Assembly: GCA_035623825.1 (NCBI GenBank)
Contig: DASPSR010000060.1
Location: 1 to 64,000, forward strand
Source of the DNA: Nitrospirota bacterium
Lineage (GTDB): Bacteria; Nitrospirota; UBA9217
Reading direction: 5' to 3'
DNA: 64,000 nt
Shown here in pieces: positions 41,700-51,848 of this stretch (position 1 is the stretch's first letter; each line of letters opens with the position of its first letter). The notes below the pieces were generated by a model. That model saw only the letters and a list, made by a program, of their open reading frames with translations, was not told where the DNA came from and made no database searches. The position numbers and the translations under genes are program-made.

Positions 41700-42491
41700 C
41701 TACTTGTCCTCATTTCCAGAAGTCTTGCGCGCGGTAAAAAAGAGCCTTTTAAATGGATAAAGGATTCTCCCATCACGTTGGAGCGGATAGGCCTTTTGAC
41801 AGTCAGTCAACACTTCCTTTTTAAATTCATCTCTGCTCTCACCATCCGGCAAGCTATCCAGAAACGGCTTCATCGCCGTGCCCTTATACCAGTCGATCAG
41901 CTCCTCATGGGATTTCATGACATGATAATAAATTGTTTCCCATATAACGATTTCCTTCGTATACAAAGCCAGCTGGCCGTAATAATAGTCGGCACTATGA
42001 TACGTTATGGAATCTTCGCGGCCGGTAGTGAACGCACTCCACTTCCCGCTCCTCGAAACACGCAGTATCGATTTATATAAGGGAGACTCCTGGTTTGCCG
42101 GAACCTGGACGGCCAATATGCCCTTATCATTTACCATCTGAAATAGCCGATGTAATAAGATATCGTGTCTCGGGATCCAATGGATTGCAGCATTGGAAAA
42201 AACGATATCATAAGTGAGGCGAGTCGATAAAGTGGCGGCGTCCGCGACGACCCACTTCTGGTGCGGATAGTCTTGCCGTGCTCTTTGTATCATGGCTTCT
42301 GAACTATCGATTCCAAGGATATCCGCATGGGGCCATCTTTTCAGTAATATTTGAGTGCTATTTCCCGGGCCGCATCCTATATCAATAATGGTCCTGGGAT
42401 CATCCATCTGGATTCGGGCAACCAGATCTATCGAGGGTTGTGTCCTTTGAGGCTTGAACTGCAGATACTGATCCGGGTCCCATGCACGCAT
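41700..42491 (-). CDS. tam: Trans-aconitate 2-methyltransferase-like protein
   Basis: WDPDQYLQF..RTQPSIDL, DIGCGPGNST, SNAAIHW, LAVQVP and PFKRLF motifs. Confidence 0.8.
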   Translation of the reverse strand: MRAWDPDQYLQFKPQRTQPSIDLVARIQMDDPRTIIDIGCGPGNSTQILLKRWPHADILGIDSSEAMIQRARQDYPHQKWVVADAATLSTRLTYDIVFSNAAIHWIPRHDILLHRLFQMVNDKGILAVQVPANQESPLYKSILRVSRSGKWSAFTTGREDSITYHSADYYYGQLALYTKEIVIWETIYYHVMKSHEELIDWYKGTAMKPFLDSLPDGESRDEFKKEVLTDCQKAYPLQRDGRILYPFKRLFFTARKTSGNEDK

Positions 42492-42664
42492 TTGCCATCT
42501 CGAGAAGTTCAAAATAAATTATACTGCTTGAGCGTTGCCATCCTTAAGCGAAGTTTTTGACGTCGCCAGCACTCGCAACTGCAAGTTCTGCCGGAGGTAC
42601 TTCGCTTCACGCATGCATCTGAAAGACGCTTTTTGCTCCGCTTGAATTAATCGAACGGAATGGC

Positions 42665-43384
42665 TCACCTGCTGAGATACTTGTCGATAAGGTCTTCTAC
42701 CCCCTTGCGGAGCAGCCGCTTGCCCTGAGTCCTGGCAACGGCTTTTGCAGTCTCTTCAGCCAGAGTGGTGGCCATTAAACGCGCGATCTCCGAAGGAGTG
42801 GCGCCACCGTGCTTGCCGATATCGGTCAGTTCAAGGCGGGGCAGCTCGACGGTATAAGGCTTATCCACAAGTTTTGCAATTCGCACGTGGACCATCCCCT
42901 TTTCGAACACCAGCTTTTTGACGTTCAGCTTGATCGCTTTGCCCCTGGAGCTTTGCTGCGGCTGCTCTTCCGAGGGGGAACCTGAAGGTGTCAGATTCTG
43001 CTTCATAACATCGACATTTGTTGTTCCGTTTTCCTTCATTTCATAGAACACTTCGGGACCGGAAATCAAGATATTGTCGATTACAATGGGCCTACTCTTG
43101 ACGGAGCGAGGCTCGATCTGGACTGCTATGTCGTCAAGCGTAATTATGAAGGGAAAAGAAAAACCGGCAGGATTGGCGACCTTCAATCCGAGGACAGCGC
43201 CCTCGCCGTTCCTGAGCTTTATTTTCACAGCGGATACCCGGACGTCCGTTTTCGTTGCCTGAGAGCCGTATTTTTCTATCGCTGCTTTTACGATGGAGTT
43301 GAGGTTCGTGAGAACGTAGACTGCGGTGCCAGCGATGGCCAGAATCAGTGCTAGGACTATGAAAATAATAAATTTCCTTTTCAT
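42665..43384 (-). CDS. AsmA-like (DUF748-type) membrane-anchored protein
   Basis: N-terminal TM; beta-rich VANPAGF and LTDIG..GGAT segments. Confidence 0.6.
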   Translation of the reverse strand: MKRKFIIFIVLALILAIAGTAVYVLTNLNSIVKAAIEKYGSQATKTDVRVSAVKIKLRNGEGAVLGLKVANPAGFSFPFIITLDDIAVQIEPRSVKSRPIVIDNILISGPEVFYEMKENGTTNVDVMKQNLTPSGSPSEEQPQQSSRGKAIKLNVKKLVFEKGMVHVRIAKLVDKPYTVELPRLELTDIGKHGGATPSEIARLMATTLAEETAKAVARTQGKRLLRKGVEDLIDKYLSR

Positions 43385-43536
43385 TGGCTCAGATCCTCAA
43401 CATCCGTCGTCCAATACTGCCATATTTTTTCATGAATATATACCTAACCATGCGATATATCAATAACTATTCACGGCCATTTACCAGGCATGCGTCAATG
43501 AATATCGCCTGAGCATTTAATTCGACCGATTCCCTT

Positions 43537-43545
43537 TGCTATAAT
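43537..43545 (+). promoter_or_regulatory. Extended -10 promoter element
   Basis: TGcTATAAT about 80 nt upstream of the channel gene. Confidence 0.5.
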
Positions 43546-43624
43546 TCAAATATAAACGTTCCAGCACTAGGGCACAAGTCCTCTCAGTGCCGGCTTTTAT
43601 TTCCGGCCCGCTTCAGGAGTTGAT

Positions 43625-44767
43625 ATGTTTATGCTCGTATTCATCATGGGTGTCGCTATCATCCTGATTGTCTTGTGGGATGCCTTCGAGACGGTGGTTT
43701 TCCCGCGACGGGTAACACGGCGGATCCGGCTCGTGCGCCTTTTCTACAGGACATCCTGGCGCCTTTGGCGCGCGACCGCACGCGCCGTATCAAAGGGAAA
43801 GCAGCAGGAAAATTTGCTGAGCTATTTCGGCCCGCTTTCGCTCCCCCTGCTGCTGGGTTTCTGGGCCTTCATGCTGATCTTCGGTTTCACGTTGCTCTAC
43901 TGGGCGCCCGCCCACTCTCTCAAAACGCCGGAGGGGACTGTGAGCTTCGGCGCGTGCCTGTACTTCAGCGGGACCACGTTCTTCACGCTCGGCCTGGGAG
44001 ACATCGTCCCCCTTACCTCTACGTCACGGGCTCTCATCGTGCTCGAAGCGGGGATGGGGTTCGCCTTCCTTGCCATTGTGATCAGCTATCTGCCAGCGCT
44101 CAACCAGTCCTTCTCCCGCCGCGAAGTCAACATCTCGCTCCTTGACGCGCGTGCCGGATCGCCCCCAACGGCAGCGGAAATGCTGCGAAGGCACACGCAG
44201 GGCAATGCCATGGAGGCGCTTACCCAGCTTCTCCGTGAGTGGGAGCGTTGGTCCGCCGAACTGCTCGAGAGCCACCTTTCTTATCCGGTGCTCGTGTATT
44301 TCCGGTCCCAGCACGACAACCAGTCCTGGCTGGCAGCGCTCACATCCATCCTCGATACGAGTGCGTTCGTCATCACAAGCCTGGAGGGTGAGTGCACGCG
44401 CCAGGCCCAGTTGACCTTTGCCATGGCGCGTCATGCGATCGTTGACCTCGCCCTCGTCCTGCGCACGCCTCCCCGAGAACCGGACAGAGACCGTCTTCCG
44501 CCAGCAGATCTGGACGCCATACGCTCTCTTCTCTCGTCAGAGGGGCTGAAACTGCGGAAAGGGACTGAGGCAGATGAGAAACTGAAAGAACTGCGCCGAA
44601 CGTACGAACCTTATGTGTATTCGCTGTCGCAACGCCTGCTCCTCTCTGTCCCGCCCTGGATACTCGGGGCGAGCGGAACCGACAATTGGCAGATAAGCGC
44701 ATGGGGGAAGAGCAGCGCGTTCAGGAGGGCAGCTCAATCAAAGCGGCGCGATGAAGGACATTTTTGA
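43625..44767 (+). CDS. Potassium channel family protein (Ion_trans_2)
   Basis: LYFSGTTFFTLGLGD pore loop between TM helices; cytoplasmic ESHLSYPVL..FRS domain. Confidence 0.8.
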   Translation: MFMLVFIMGVAIILIVLWDAFETVVFPRRVTRRIRLVRLFYRTSWRLWRATARAVSKGKQQENLLSYFGPLSLPLLLGFWAFMLIFGFTLLYWAPAHSLKTPEGTVSFGACLYFSGTTFFTLGLGDIVPLTSTSRALIVLEAGMGFAFLAIVISYLPALNQSFSRREVNISLLDARAGSPPTAAEMLRRHTQGNAMEALTQLLREWERWSAELLESHLSYPVLVYFRSQHDNQSWLAALTSILDTSAFVITSLEGECTRQAQLTFAMARHAIVDLALVLRTPPREPDRDRLPPADLDAIRSLLSSEGLKLRKGTEADEKLKELRRTYEPYVYSLSQRLLLSVPPWILGASGTDNWQISAWGKSSAFRRAAQSKRRDEGHF

Positions 44768-45052
44768 GCGTTCCGGCATCGTCTGCGCCTGACTCGTGGA
44801 CACATTAACGATAGTGAATGAGCTCTGTGGGGAGCATGCTGCATGTAACAACAGTAAGGAGGGGGAAGCAAGTACAGATGACGTCATGAGGGGGAGTACA
44901 CTTCTAAGAAAAGAAGCATATCAACAATTCAGAAATTTCAGGGCTGACCGTGCATCATACATTTCATAACGCAGCCAATGAACAAAATGGATAGGCACGA
45001 CATAAACGACTTCTTTATTTTTCTATCTTCTCATTCAACCTTCATCCTGTGA

Positions 45053-45616
45053 TCATCGCCTCATACTGGATGTATTGATTGCAACCCATGCCGCAAACGC
45101 ATGCATGAACGTGACAGCAAATTCCCGAGCTGATTCAACCAGGTTGCCGCTTTCATCGAATAGATTCACAGCATTCCCTATATAGGCCTCGGGCTGTTGC
45201 AGTACGGGCATATTGAGGAATACCAGCGATTGCCTCAGGTGATGGTTCGCACCAAATCCGCCGACAGCGCCGGGCGATACGCTGACTACGGCGCATGGTT
45301 TCCCATCCCATACGCTCTTCCCATAGGGACGAGAACCCACGTCTATGGCGTTCTTGAGTCCCCCGGGAACAGACCGATTATATTCAGGCGTGACAAACAA
45401 GACGCCATCATACATTTTTAAGCGTTCACGAAACTCGATCCAGGCCGCGGGCGGATTGGCCTCGAGATCCTGATTGTAAAGCGGCAGTCCTCCGATCTCT
45501 ACAATTTCGGGATTTAGAGAATCGGGCGCAAGTTTCAAAAGCGCATTTGCCATTTTTCGGTTCAATGATTCCTTGCGCAGGCTTCCTACAAAAACAGCGA
45601 TTTTTTTCTGTGCCAT
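45053..45616 (-). CDS. NADPH-dependent FMN reductase (ChrR-like)
   Basis: VGSLRKESLN, TPEYNRSVPG.LKNAID and SPGAVGG motifs; start MAQK after GGAGG. Confidence 0.9.
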   Translation of the reverse strand: MAQKKIAVFVGSLRKESLNRKMANALLKLAPDSLNPEIVEIGGLPLYNQDLEANPPAAWIEFRERLKMYDGVLFVTPEYNRSVPGGLKNAIDVGSRPYGKSVWDGKPCAVVSVSPGAVGGFGANHHLRQSLVFLNMPVLQQPEAYIGNAVNLFDESGNLVESAREFAVTFMHAFAAWVAINTSSMRR

Positions 45617-45635
45617 CGTCTCTCCTCCGAAACGC

Positions 45636-46388
45636 CTATGGCTTCGCGTCCGAGGGGAATCGTTCCAACATGGTACGAAAATCGTCATAGGAGCCGTTAA
45701 AAACGTTGAGATCGACCCGGCCTGTTATTCCGTCTACCCTGCCGTTATTCGCATATTGCCAGAGGGTCCATTTTCTGCCGTTTGGCAACCTTGGTGCTTT
45801 GAAGATGTCTCTGATCCAGATATTATTTTTTTCGCTAAGATCCTTCAGGTATTCATTATAAGATTCATGCGTTGCATAGATGATCAGGGCCATGCCATGG
45901 GTCCCCCTGACCCTTCCCATGAAATGCAACAACTCCCTTACGATCACTTCTTTCTCGGGCCTGTTCTTACAGTTGCCGCCAAACTCCAGGTCAATGACAG
46001 GAGGAAGCGCGTTCATATCAACGGGAACAGCGGCAAGAAAATTCTGTGCCTGTTCGTCTCCGGACTTGCAAAAACTGAAAAAATGGTAAGCGCCCCTCAC
46101 TAGACCTGCGCTTGCCGATTCTTTCCAGTTGCGGTCAAACTCCGGGTCCTTGTAATCGCCCCCTTCCGTTGCTTTCATGTAGACGAAATGAACCTGTTGT
46201 CTTTTGATCTTGTCCCACTCGATAGTCCCCTGATGATGTGAGATGTCGATGCCTCGCACAGGATATTGCGAGCGACCCGGATAGTTGAACCTCCAGTATC
46301 CCAAGTCGTAACTCAATAACAAAAAAGCCGCGATGGCGGCAAGGAGAGGAACGATGAAAAGAATTCGCTGTTTCATAATCGAACGCAT
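45636..46388 (-). CDS. GH25 lysozyme (muramidase)
   Basis: GIDISHHQG, MKATEG, GAYHFF, DLE, WQY and VDLN motifs; N-terminal TM. Confidence 0.9.
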   Translation of the reverse strand: MRSIMKQRILFIVPLLAAIAAFLLLSYDLGYWRFNYPGRSQYPVRGIDISHHQGTIEWDKIKRQQVHFVYMKATEGGDYKDPEFDRNWKESASAGLVRGAYHFFSFCKSGDEQAQNFLAAVPVDMNALPPVIDLEFGGNCKNRPEKEVIVRELLHFMGRVRGTHGMALIIYATHESYNEYLKDLSEKNNIWIRDIFKAPRLPNGRKWTLWQYANNGRVDGITGRVDLNVFNGSYDDFRTMLERFPSDAKP

Positions 46389-46492
46389 GATTGATGGCCG
46401 CCAGGCAGGTCGGGGTGCGCCTGAGCCAGGCTTTCTTTGCGATTAGACGCCCTCTCTTTCTCCCTGATGATACCGTAATCGTATCTATTCAC

Positions 46493-46521
46493 AATATATG
46501 CCTGATTTTTGTGCCTGTCAA
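46493..46521 (-). promoter_or_regulatory. Sigma70-type promoter for the GH25 gene
   Basis: TTGACA-17 nt-TATATT on the minus strand. Confidence 0.55.
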
Positions 46522-46691
46522 CGATTCCGTTTTATTAATTCCGGCCGCCTCAAAACGAATTCGGATTGTCATATTGGTGTTTCGTCAACCCCGGCCGGGA
46601 CAACTTGCGAGAGTCAACCCTCTTTTGAATAAAAACAGCTCTCGCTACCTCTTGAATTTTATTTAGAGAATATCCGATTCGCAAATAGTTA

Positions 46692-48068
46692 CTATTGTTC
46701 CGCTTTCAGGTCAGCAAGCAGCCTCTGGAAGGCCGGTGCCTCACGCAGGAGTCGTCCGGCAACCTCGCGCAGCTTGTCCACCTGCTCCTTGGGCAACTGC
46801 AATCTGGTCTTCACCCGCTCGAAATACTGGCGTTCTGCCGGGTCCTTCAACGAGTCGAAGGTAACCTGCACAAAGTACGCGTGCCGCTCGGGACCGCCGG
46901 CCGGTGCGTCAGCCTGCCAGACGGCCAGTTTCTCGCGCACTTGCTCCACTCCGTCGAGAGTAATTCGGTCGACCGGGATCGACCACATCTGGTCAGCCAG
47001 CGTGTCGGTGTCAGGCGGCTCTGGAGAGCGGTCCCAGTCCACCTCGGGGAAACGAAGCGCGTTCACGGCGATTACCACCACTTTGCGGGCCCGACGGAGC
47101 GCCGGTAGCACCGTCTCAGTAGGGTCGATCTTCATGATCTCGATGGCCCTGATCACCTCGCTAAGGCCGAGATTTTCGGAGAGACCGCCGTCGAAGATGT
47201 GGATGTAAGGGCGTGCCGGGTCCTCATAGGACTGGAGTGCACGGGCACGGAGCAGGACTCGGCCTGGCGTCTCGGACTGGCCAGCAACGGCCTCGGCAGC
47301 AACCTGCCAGGCCGGCTCCTTCCTGCCGCAGGTACCGCCGCGGTTCTCAAATGTGATCGGTGTGAGCAAAGGTGGCAGCGCGGTCGAGGTGGCAACTGCT
47401 CTCCCCAGCGTTACCCGAGAGAGATTGCCGCAGATAGCGTCGAACTGCTCCTGCGTAAAGCTGAACCGGGCGCCGGTCATGACATCAGTACCGTTTATGA
47501 TCACAATTGGCCCGTTGGCCTTCTGCAAATCGCTGAAGGTCGCATGGTCGAAAACAGTCTCGTCGTAGAGCTCAGCGAAGAGGTCCGACTTCCCGAAGGT
47601 CCCGGATGGAAGCCGGAACCAGTTGACCGGATTCAGGATGATGCGCCGCGCCAGCTCGCTCTCGAAGTTGCGGTACAGCACCCGTGTCTCGAACTCCTCG
47701 AACGTTTTCTCTCCACGCAGGGCGTAATAGGTGGCGGGGAACGTGCCCCCCGACACCGCTGAGATCACGTCCACCTCGTCGATAAGGCGGCGTTTCACCC
47801 CGTTCACCACCACCTCAGTGCGACGCAACTCTTCGAGGACACCATAGCCCAGAGCCGCTGCACGTATGCCACCGCCTGATATGGCGACGATCACCAGCAG
47901 GCCGTCTGACTGGTCAGGGCGGCTCACCTCGGGGCGTCCATAACCATGCGCATTGACCTGCTCCAGCCGAGGTGTGGCAGGCCAGTGGGCGCAGCCGCCA
48001 GCGAACATGCAGAGTGCCGCTAGCAGGGTGACAGCAAAAGCTACAGTGAAGATTGATTTGAGTTTCAT
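46692..48068 (-). CDS. Patatin-like phospholipase, probable lipoprotein
   Basis: SGGGIRA, AVSGG and DGG motifs; AGGC lipobox-like site. Confidence 0.85.
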   Translation of the reverse strand: MKLKSIFTVAFAVTLLAALCMFAGGCAHWPATPRLEQVNAHGYGRPEVSRPDQSDGLLVIVAISGGGIRAAALGYGVLEELRRTEVVVNGVKRRLIDEVDVISAVSGGTFPATYYALRGEKTFEEFETRVLYRNFESELARRIILNPVNWFRLPSGTFGKSDLFAELYDETVFDHATFSDLQKANGPIVIINGTDVMTGARFSFTQEQFDAICGNLSRVTLGRAVATSTALPPLLTPITFENRGGTCGRKEPAWQVAAEAVAGQSETPGRVLLRARALQSYEDPARPYIHIFDGGLSENLGLSEVIRAIEIMKIDPTETVLPALRRARKVVVIAVNALRFPEVDWDRSPEPPDTDTLADQMWSIPVDRITLDGVEQVREKLAVWQADAPAGGPERHAYFVQVTFDSLKDPAERQYFERVKTRLQLPKEQVDKLREVAGRLLREAPAFQRLLADLKAEQ

Positions 48069-48414
48069 GTGAATCCCCCTATCTACGATAAACATTATGA
48101 ATCTTCACAACATCGATGTCGGGAACTTTTACAATTCTATCTCTGTGGAATTGGCTCTCAAAATAATCACTTCTTAATCAAATAGCTAGATAACAGGCAT
48201 TAGTTATGCACGGTTATCTTGAGATAGTAATGTCTCTGATCAACGAGCGTTTAAACGAAAAAATGAATACTGCATGGGGCAGAGATATACTTCCTAATAT
48301 GCCCTAGTCTGGATCCGTAGCGCAGGCTGTCATCAGCATTATTAACGCAAATAGCAAATATGTTTACATTTCTCTTCGTAACAATTCCCTCAGAGAAAGA
48401 AAGGAGACAGGAAA

Positions 48415-48708
48415 ATGAGATACTTGATAATGTTAGTGGGCTTGTTTGTGTGCAGTACTGTCTCCACGGACGCATTTTTAAAAGTAGATTATAAATGCGT
48501 TTCGGAATGTACTGCGAAAGGCTTTACATATAGCTATTGTTATTCAAGCTGCTTATACGACGACAATCCCCAGCAAAAACAACAGGTACTATCAGAACAA
48601 AAGAAGCAGCAAAAATCTCAAAAAACCCAAGTATACTATAAATGCTTAAATGATTGTAAAGCAAGAGGTTACGTGGAGCAGTTTTGCAAGCAACAATGTT
48701 CTAACTGA
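48415..48708 (+). CDS. Small secreted Cys-rich protein with two CX3C-X9-CX3C units
   Basis: AAGGAG RBS; signal peptide; CVSEC..CYSSC and CLNDC..CKQQC. Confidence 0.75.
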   Translation: MRYLIMLVGLFVCSTVSTDAFLKVDYKCVSECTAKGFTYSYCYSSCLYDDNPQQKQQVLSEQKKQQKSQKTQVYYKCLNDCKARGYVEQFCKQQCSN

Positions 48709-48843
48709 CGTCTTTTCAATCCTGATACATAAAGTACGAAATCCTTGCACTTCGTCTGGGATTTTCAGGTCTTACGGAAATCTACACCTGCGCGATCATG
48801 TAGGGTGTTCAACTGTAGAGTATCAGATATACCCTGATCGCAA

Positions 48844-49485
48844 TTAAAAGGCGCATTTGTTAGAACGTGTTCCCGTCGGTTCGGACATCGGTTGCCCAGC
48901 TTTAACGAAATCACGCTCAGCTTCTGCTGTTTTCCCCTGTCGCAAATAGGCGATCCCCCTATTATTATATGCTTTAGCATAGTCAGGATTGAGCTGGATG
49001 GCTGTTGAATAGTCACGTATAGCTTCATCGAGCTTCCCCAGCTCGAAATATGCAATTCCGCGAATGTTATAAGCGGCCTGGTTCTTGGGATAGAGGCGTA
49101 TAACCTCAGTGAAATTATGGATCACTTCGTCATATTTACCTAAATGAAAAAATGCGACTCCTTGATTGAATAATGCCGTGTAGTCTTCAGGCGCGAGATT
49201 GATTGCTTTGGCAAATTCCTTTGCTGCTTCATCGTATTTTAATTGCAGCATCAAGACTTTCCCCAGGCTGTCATAGGCTTCAACATAATTTGGATTCAGG
49301 GCAATAGCCTCCGTAAAAGCCTTTTTGGCTTCTTCGTACTTGCCGTCTTGAAGCAAGCTGTCCCCCTGCTCAAAGAGCGCCAAGGCTTGGCTTTGTGCAT
49401 TCGGCGTCTGACCACCTTCAGACGCGAAAAGGGGTACTGCCAATGTAAGTGATAGCAGTGTTGCTGCGATGTGTGATTTTTTCAC
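48844..49485 (-). CDS. Secreted TPR repeat protein
   Basis: Signal peptide; about 4-5 TPRs (AI.LNP...AY.NRG). Confidence 0.88.
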   Translation of the reverse strand: MKKSHIAATLLSLTLAVPLFASEGGQTPNAQSQALALFEQGDSLLQDGKYEEAKKAFTEAIALNPNYVEAYDSLGKVLMLQLKYDEAAKEFAKAINLAPEDYTALFNQGVAFFHLGKYDEVIHNFTEVIRLYPKNQAAYNIRGIAYFELGKLDEAIRDYSTAIQLNPDYAKAYNNRGIAYLRQGKTAEAERDFVKAGQPMSEPTGTRSNKCAF

Positions 49486-49899
49486 GTTTTCTCCTATTTG
49501 CTTAGAGCATTAATTCAGCAATGTCGATGTGAAGTGAGAAGATCATTTCAGTTGATATATATGAATCTTCAACCTGGATATCCCGCACGGAGAGAAAAAG
49601 TTAATAGTAGAAATATACCACATCAGACATTTTTGATACAGGATATTTAATTTTCATCAGCTGCGGACCGAATTCCCTTATTCACCCTTGTTATCCTCCA
49701 GTACGGCTCCATAATTCAGCTCAGATTGTAACCACTTGATTCACAAAATATTTTCTATAACTTTCTTCACTCCTCAATGATTAATGCGGATCAAGATGCG
49801 GTAGTGACTTTCGATAAATCAATACTGTCGCTTCAATGGACTCTGACCGCCGGATACGCCTGCGGCGTCAATTGCGCGAAAACTTGAGAAATAAGTCCG

Positions 49900-49929
49900 T
49901 TGACACTGCCATGCTTTTTTTGCTACCAT
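49900..49929 (+). promoter_or_regulatory. Sigma70-type promoter
   Basis: TTGACA-18 nt-TACCAT with extended TG, 100 nt before the 50029 start. Confidence 0.5.
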
Positions 49930-50028
49930 TTAGCCGAAGGCACATTCGCATGCAGGTCAATGATCGGTGTGATAATACGGTTGTCAGGTGACGTTGCAAT
50001 AAAATCCGAAGCACGAGGGGATGAGAAC

Positions 50029-50361
50029 ATGAAAAGAAAAGTCTTGCTTGCCGCCCTAAGTCTTGCGCTGCTGCCGTTTCTTTCAGCAGTGACGATTCTA
50101 TTTGCCGAAGCCCAGGATACGCCTGCGGCCGATGATGGGCCTTATTCCATAACCATTGGTGTGGGACAGGCTGTCAATATCTGTACCACCGGTACCGTCA
50201 TCTGCCCGGTGAGGTTCACGGTGTGCGCCGACACCTCAATTGCCCTCGTCCGGGAGAGTGGACAAGGTCCGGAGATCGTCGGTGTCAAGCCGGGAACGAC
50301 TCTTTGTTACACGACGTCGGCGAACGCAGTTCGTTTCGCCTATGAGGTGACAGTCCACTGA
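50029..50361 (+). CDS. Hypothetical secreted protein with 4 Cys
   Basis: MKRKVLL signal peptide after GAGGGG; beta-rich with GVKPGTTLC. Confidence 0.7.
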   Translation: MKRKVLLAALSLALLPFLSAVTILFAEAQDTPAADDGPYSITIGVGQAVNICTTGTVICPVRFTVCADTSIALVRESGQGPEIVGVKPGTTLCYTTSANAVRFAYEVTVH

Positions 50362-50496
50362 CGTTTGATTTTCCCGGTGCAAAAGTCAAGGGAAACAGAG
50401 ATTGATGAAGATGAGCGCATAGAGGCCTTGGTGGACTCGATTTCGGAAACCCTTCGCCTGCGGTTCAAATTCACTTCCGACATGACGTCGCTTTGT

Positions 50497-51276
50497 TCAA
50501 GTCCGCCAATTTCGCAAGTTTCGCAGGTACATCATATCAAGCGGCTCATTTTTTTGAGATGGTTGATTGTTTCTTAAATGATCATCAATATATTTGGCAA
50601 TTGATTCCTCAAGACGATGCCTCTGCTGCTTCAATGCATCAGCCGTCGTGTTTCTACCCCTAGACGCTTTCTTTAATGCCAGACCAGGATTGATTCTGCC
50701 GGAACTTTCTCCAACAATCAAATCATCTCCAAATGTGTTTCCCGATGCTGATTGTGCTACTCCCACTAGTTCAGTCTTCACATCACTTTCCTCAACAGGC
50801 ACATGAACTTTTACGACTACATTGTTTACGCCTTTGATCAGCACAACGATGCTGTCGTCATTGACGAGCGAAATGATATTATCAAACTCAATTCGTATTG
50901 GTTTCAGCCACTTGAAATTCCTCTCGTAGAAATCTGAAATATCCTGAATTAAATCCTCAAGGTTGATATTCTTAGTGTTGTATCTGCTGGTACTGCAAGT
51001 GTTTGACATAAGTACGTTGGAGTGTATGTATTGTATCAATTCGTCTTCTTTGGCGATTGGTTTTTGAGAATTGTTCTTTTTGGGTTTTTGCGCCTCAACG
51101 TTTGGTTTCTGCGAGTCCACCAACTGCATCAAAAAAAATATTACTCCTCCGATCAATATAACCCCAATAGCCGCGATCCGTACTGGACTATGAACAGTAT
51201 CTAAAGGACCCGAAACTACAAAAAAGACTCCGGAAATCAATACAACCGTGCCGATAATTATTCTAAGTATTTGCAT
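50497..51276 (-). CDS. Hypothetical membrane-anchored protein, AT-rich
   Basis: GGAGG RBS; two N-terminal TM helices. Confidence 0.65.
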   Translation of the reverse strand: MQILRIIIGTVVLISGVFFVVSGPLDTVHSPVRIAAIGVILIGGVIFFLMQLVDSQKPNVEAQKPKKNNSQKPIAKEDELIQYIHSNVLMSNTCSTSRYNTKNINLEDLIQDISDFYERNFKWLKPIRIEFDNIISLVNDDSIVVLIKGVNNVVVKVHVPVEESDVKTELVGVAQSASGNTFGDDLIVGESSGRINPGLALKKASRGRNTTADALKQQRHRLEESIAKYIDDHLRNNQPSQKNEPLDMMYLRNLRNWRT

Positions 51277-51350
51277 ATCGCCTCCAATATCTTAAGCAGT
51301 GACAGCTGCATATAAATACACTCGGCAGAATGACTTGCCGAGCAGAGTAT

Positions 51351-51545
51351 TCAGAACGACAAATAGACGTCAGTAACTCCTCTTAAGAATACGGGGACCT
51401 CTTTGGCATTGATCAGTGTCTTTTTAAGTATCCTGTGCATTTCGTCCGCGTATCGGAGGAGCGCCAATGCATCTTCCAGTGTGCTTACAGTGTGGTACTT
51501 TACAGGCTCTAATTTCGGAGGCATTTGTCGTTTCCCTTTCTCCAT
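51351..51545 (-). CDS. Possible small hypothetical protein
   Basis: Open frame with plausible composition; start uncertain. Confidence 0.35.
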   Translation of the reverse strand: MEKGKRQMPPKLEPVKYHTVSTLEDALALLRYADEMHRILKKTLINAKEVPVFLRGVTDVYLSF

Positions 51546-51771
51546 CTCGGCATGGGATGCGCATACTGAGATAAAGAGCAATAATCGTGCCTGCATAAAA
51601 TGCATAATAAATCAACAGCTTAAATGGGGATAGAGGGACCAGATTTTGTCAGAAAACTGACGTTTCGCGGTTACTCAGGTAACTCTTTGGGAATGTTAGA
51701 AGATTGCCAGAAGATGCCTCGTTTTCTAATAGAAAAGTACTCACGGCATAAACCTCAAGACATTGAATAAT

Positions 51772-51819
51772 AGGTGGCGGGGATTGAATGAACCACTGAC
51801 CTTCGGGTTACGAACCCGA
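51772..51819 (-). pseudogene. Second degenerate 3' fragment of initiator tRNA-fMet
   Basis: Minus strand TCGGG-TTCGTAA-CCCGA AGGTCAGTGGTTCATTCAATCCCCGCCACC: fMet-type anticodon stem with GGG/CCC, loop mutated from CTCATAA, decayed T arm. Confidence 0.7.
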
Positions 51820-51848
51820 ATGACAAACAATGAGAAAGCTGTGATTCC

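Noticed and set aside
45636-46388. GH25 lysozyme as a prophage lysis module
   Set aside because: No holin, structural or replication phage genes nearby; it has its own promoter and a TM anchor.
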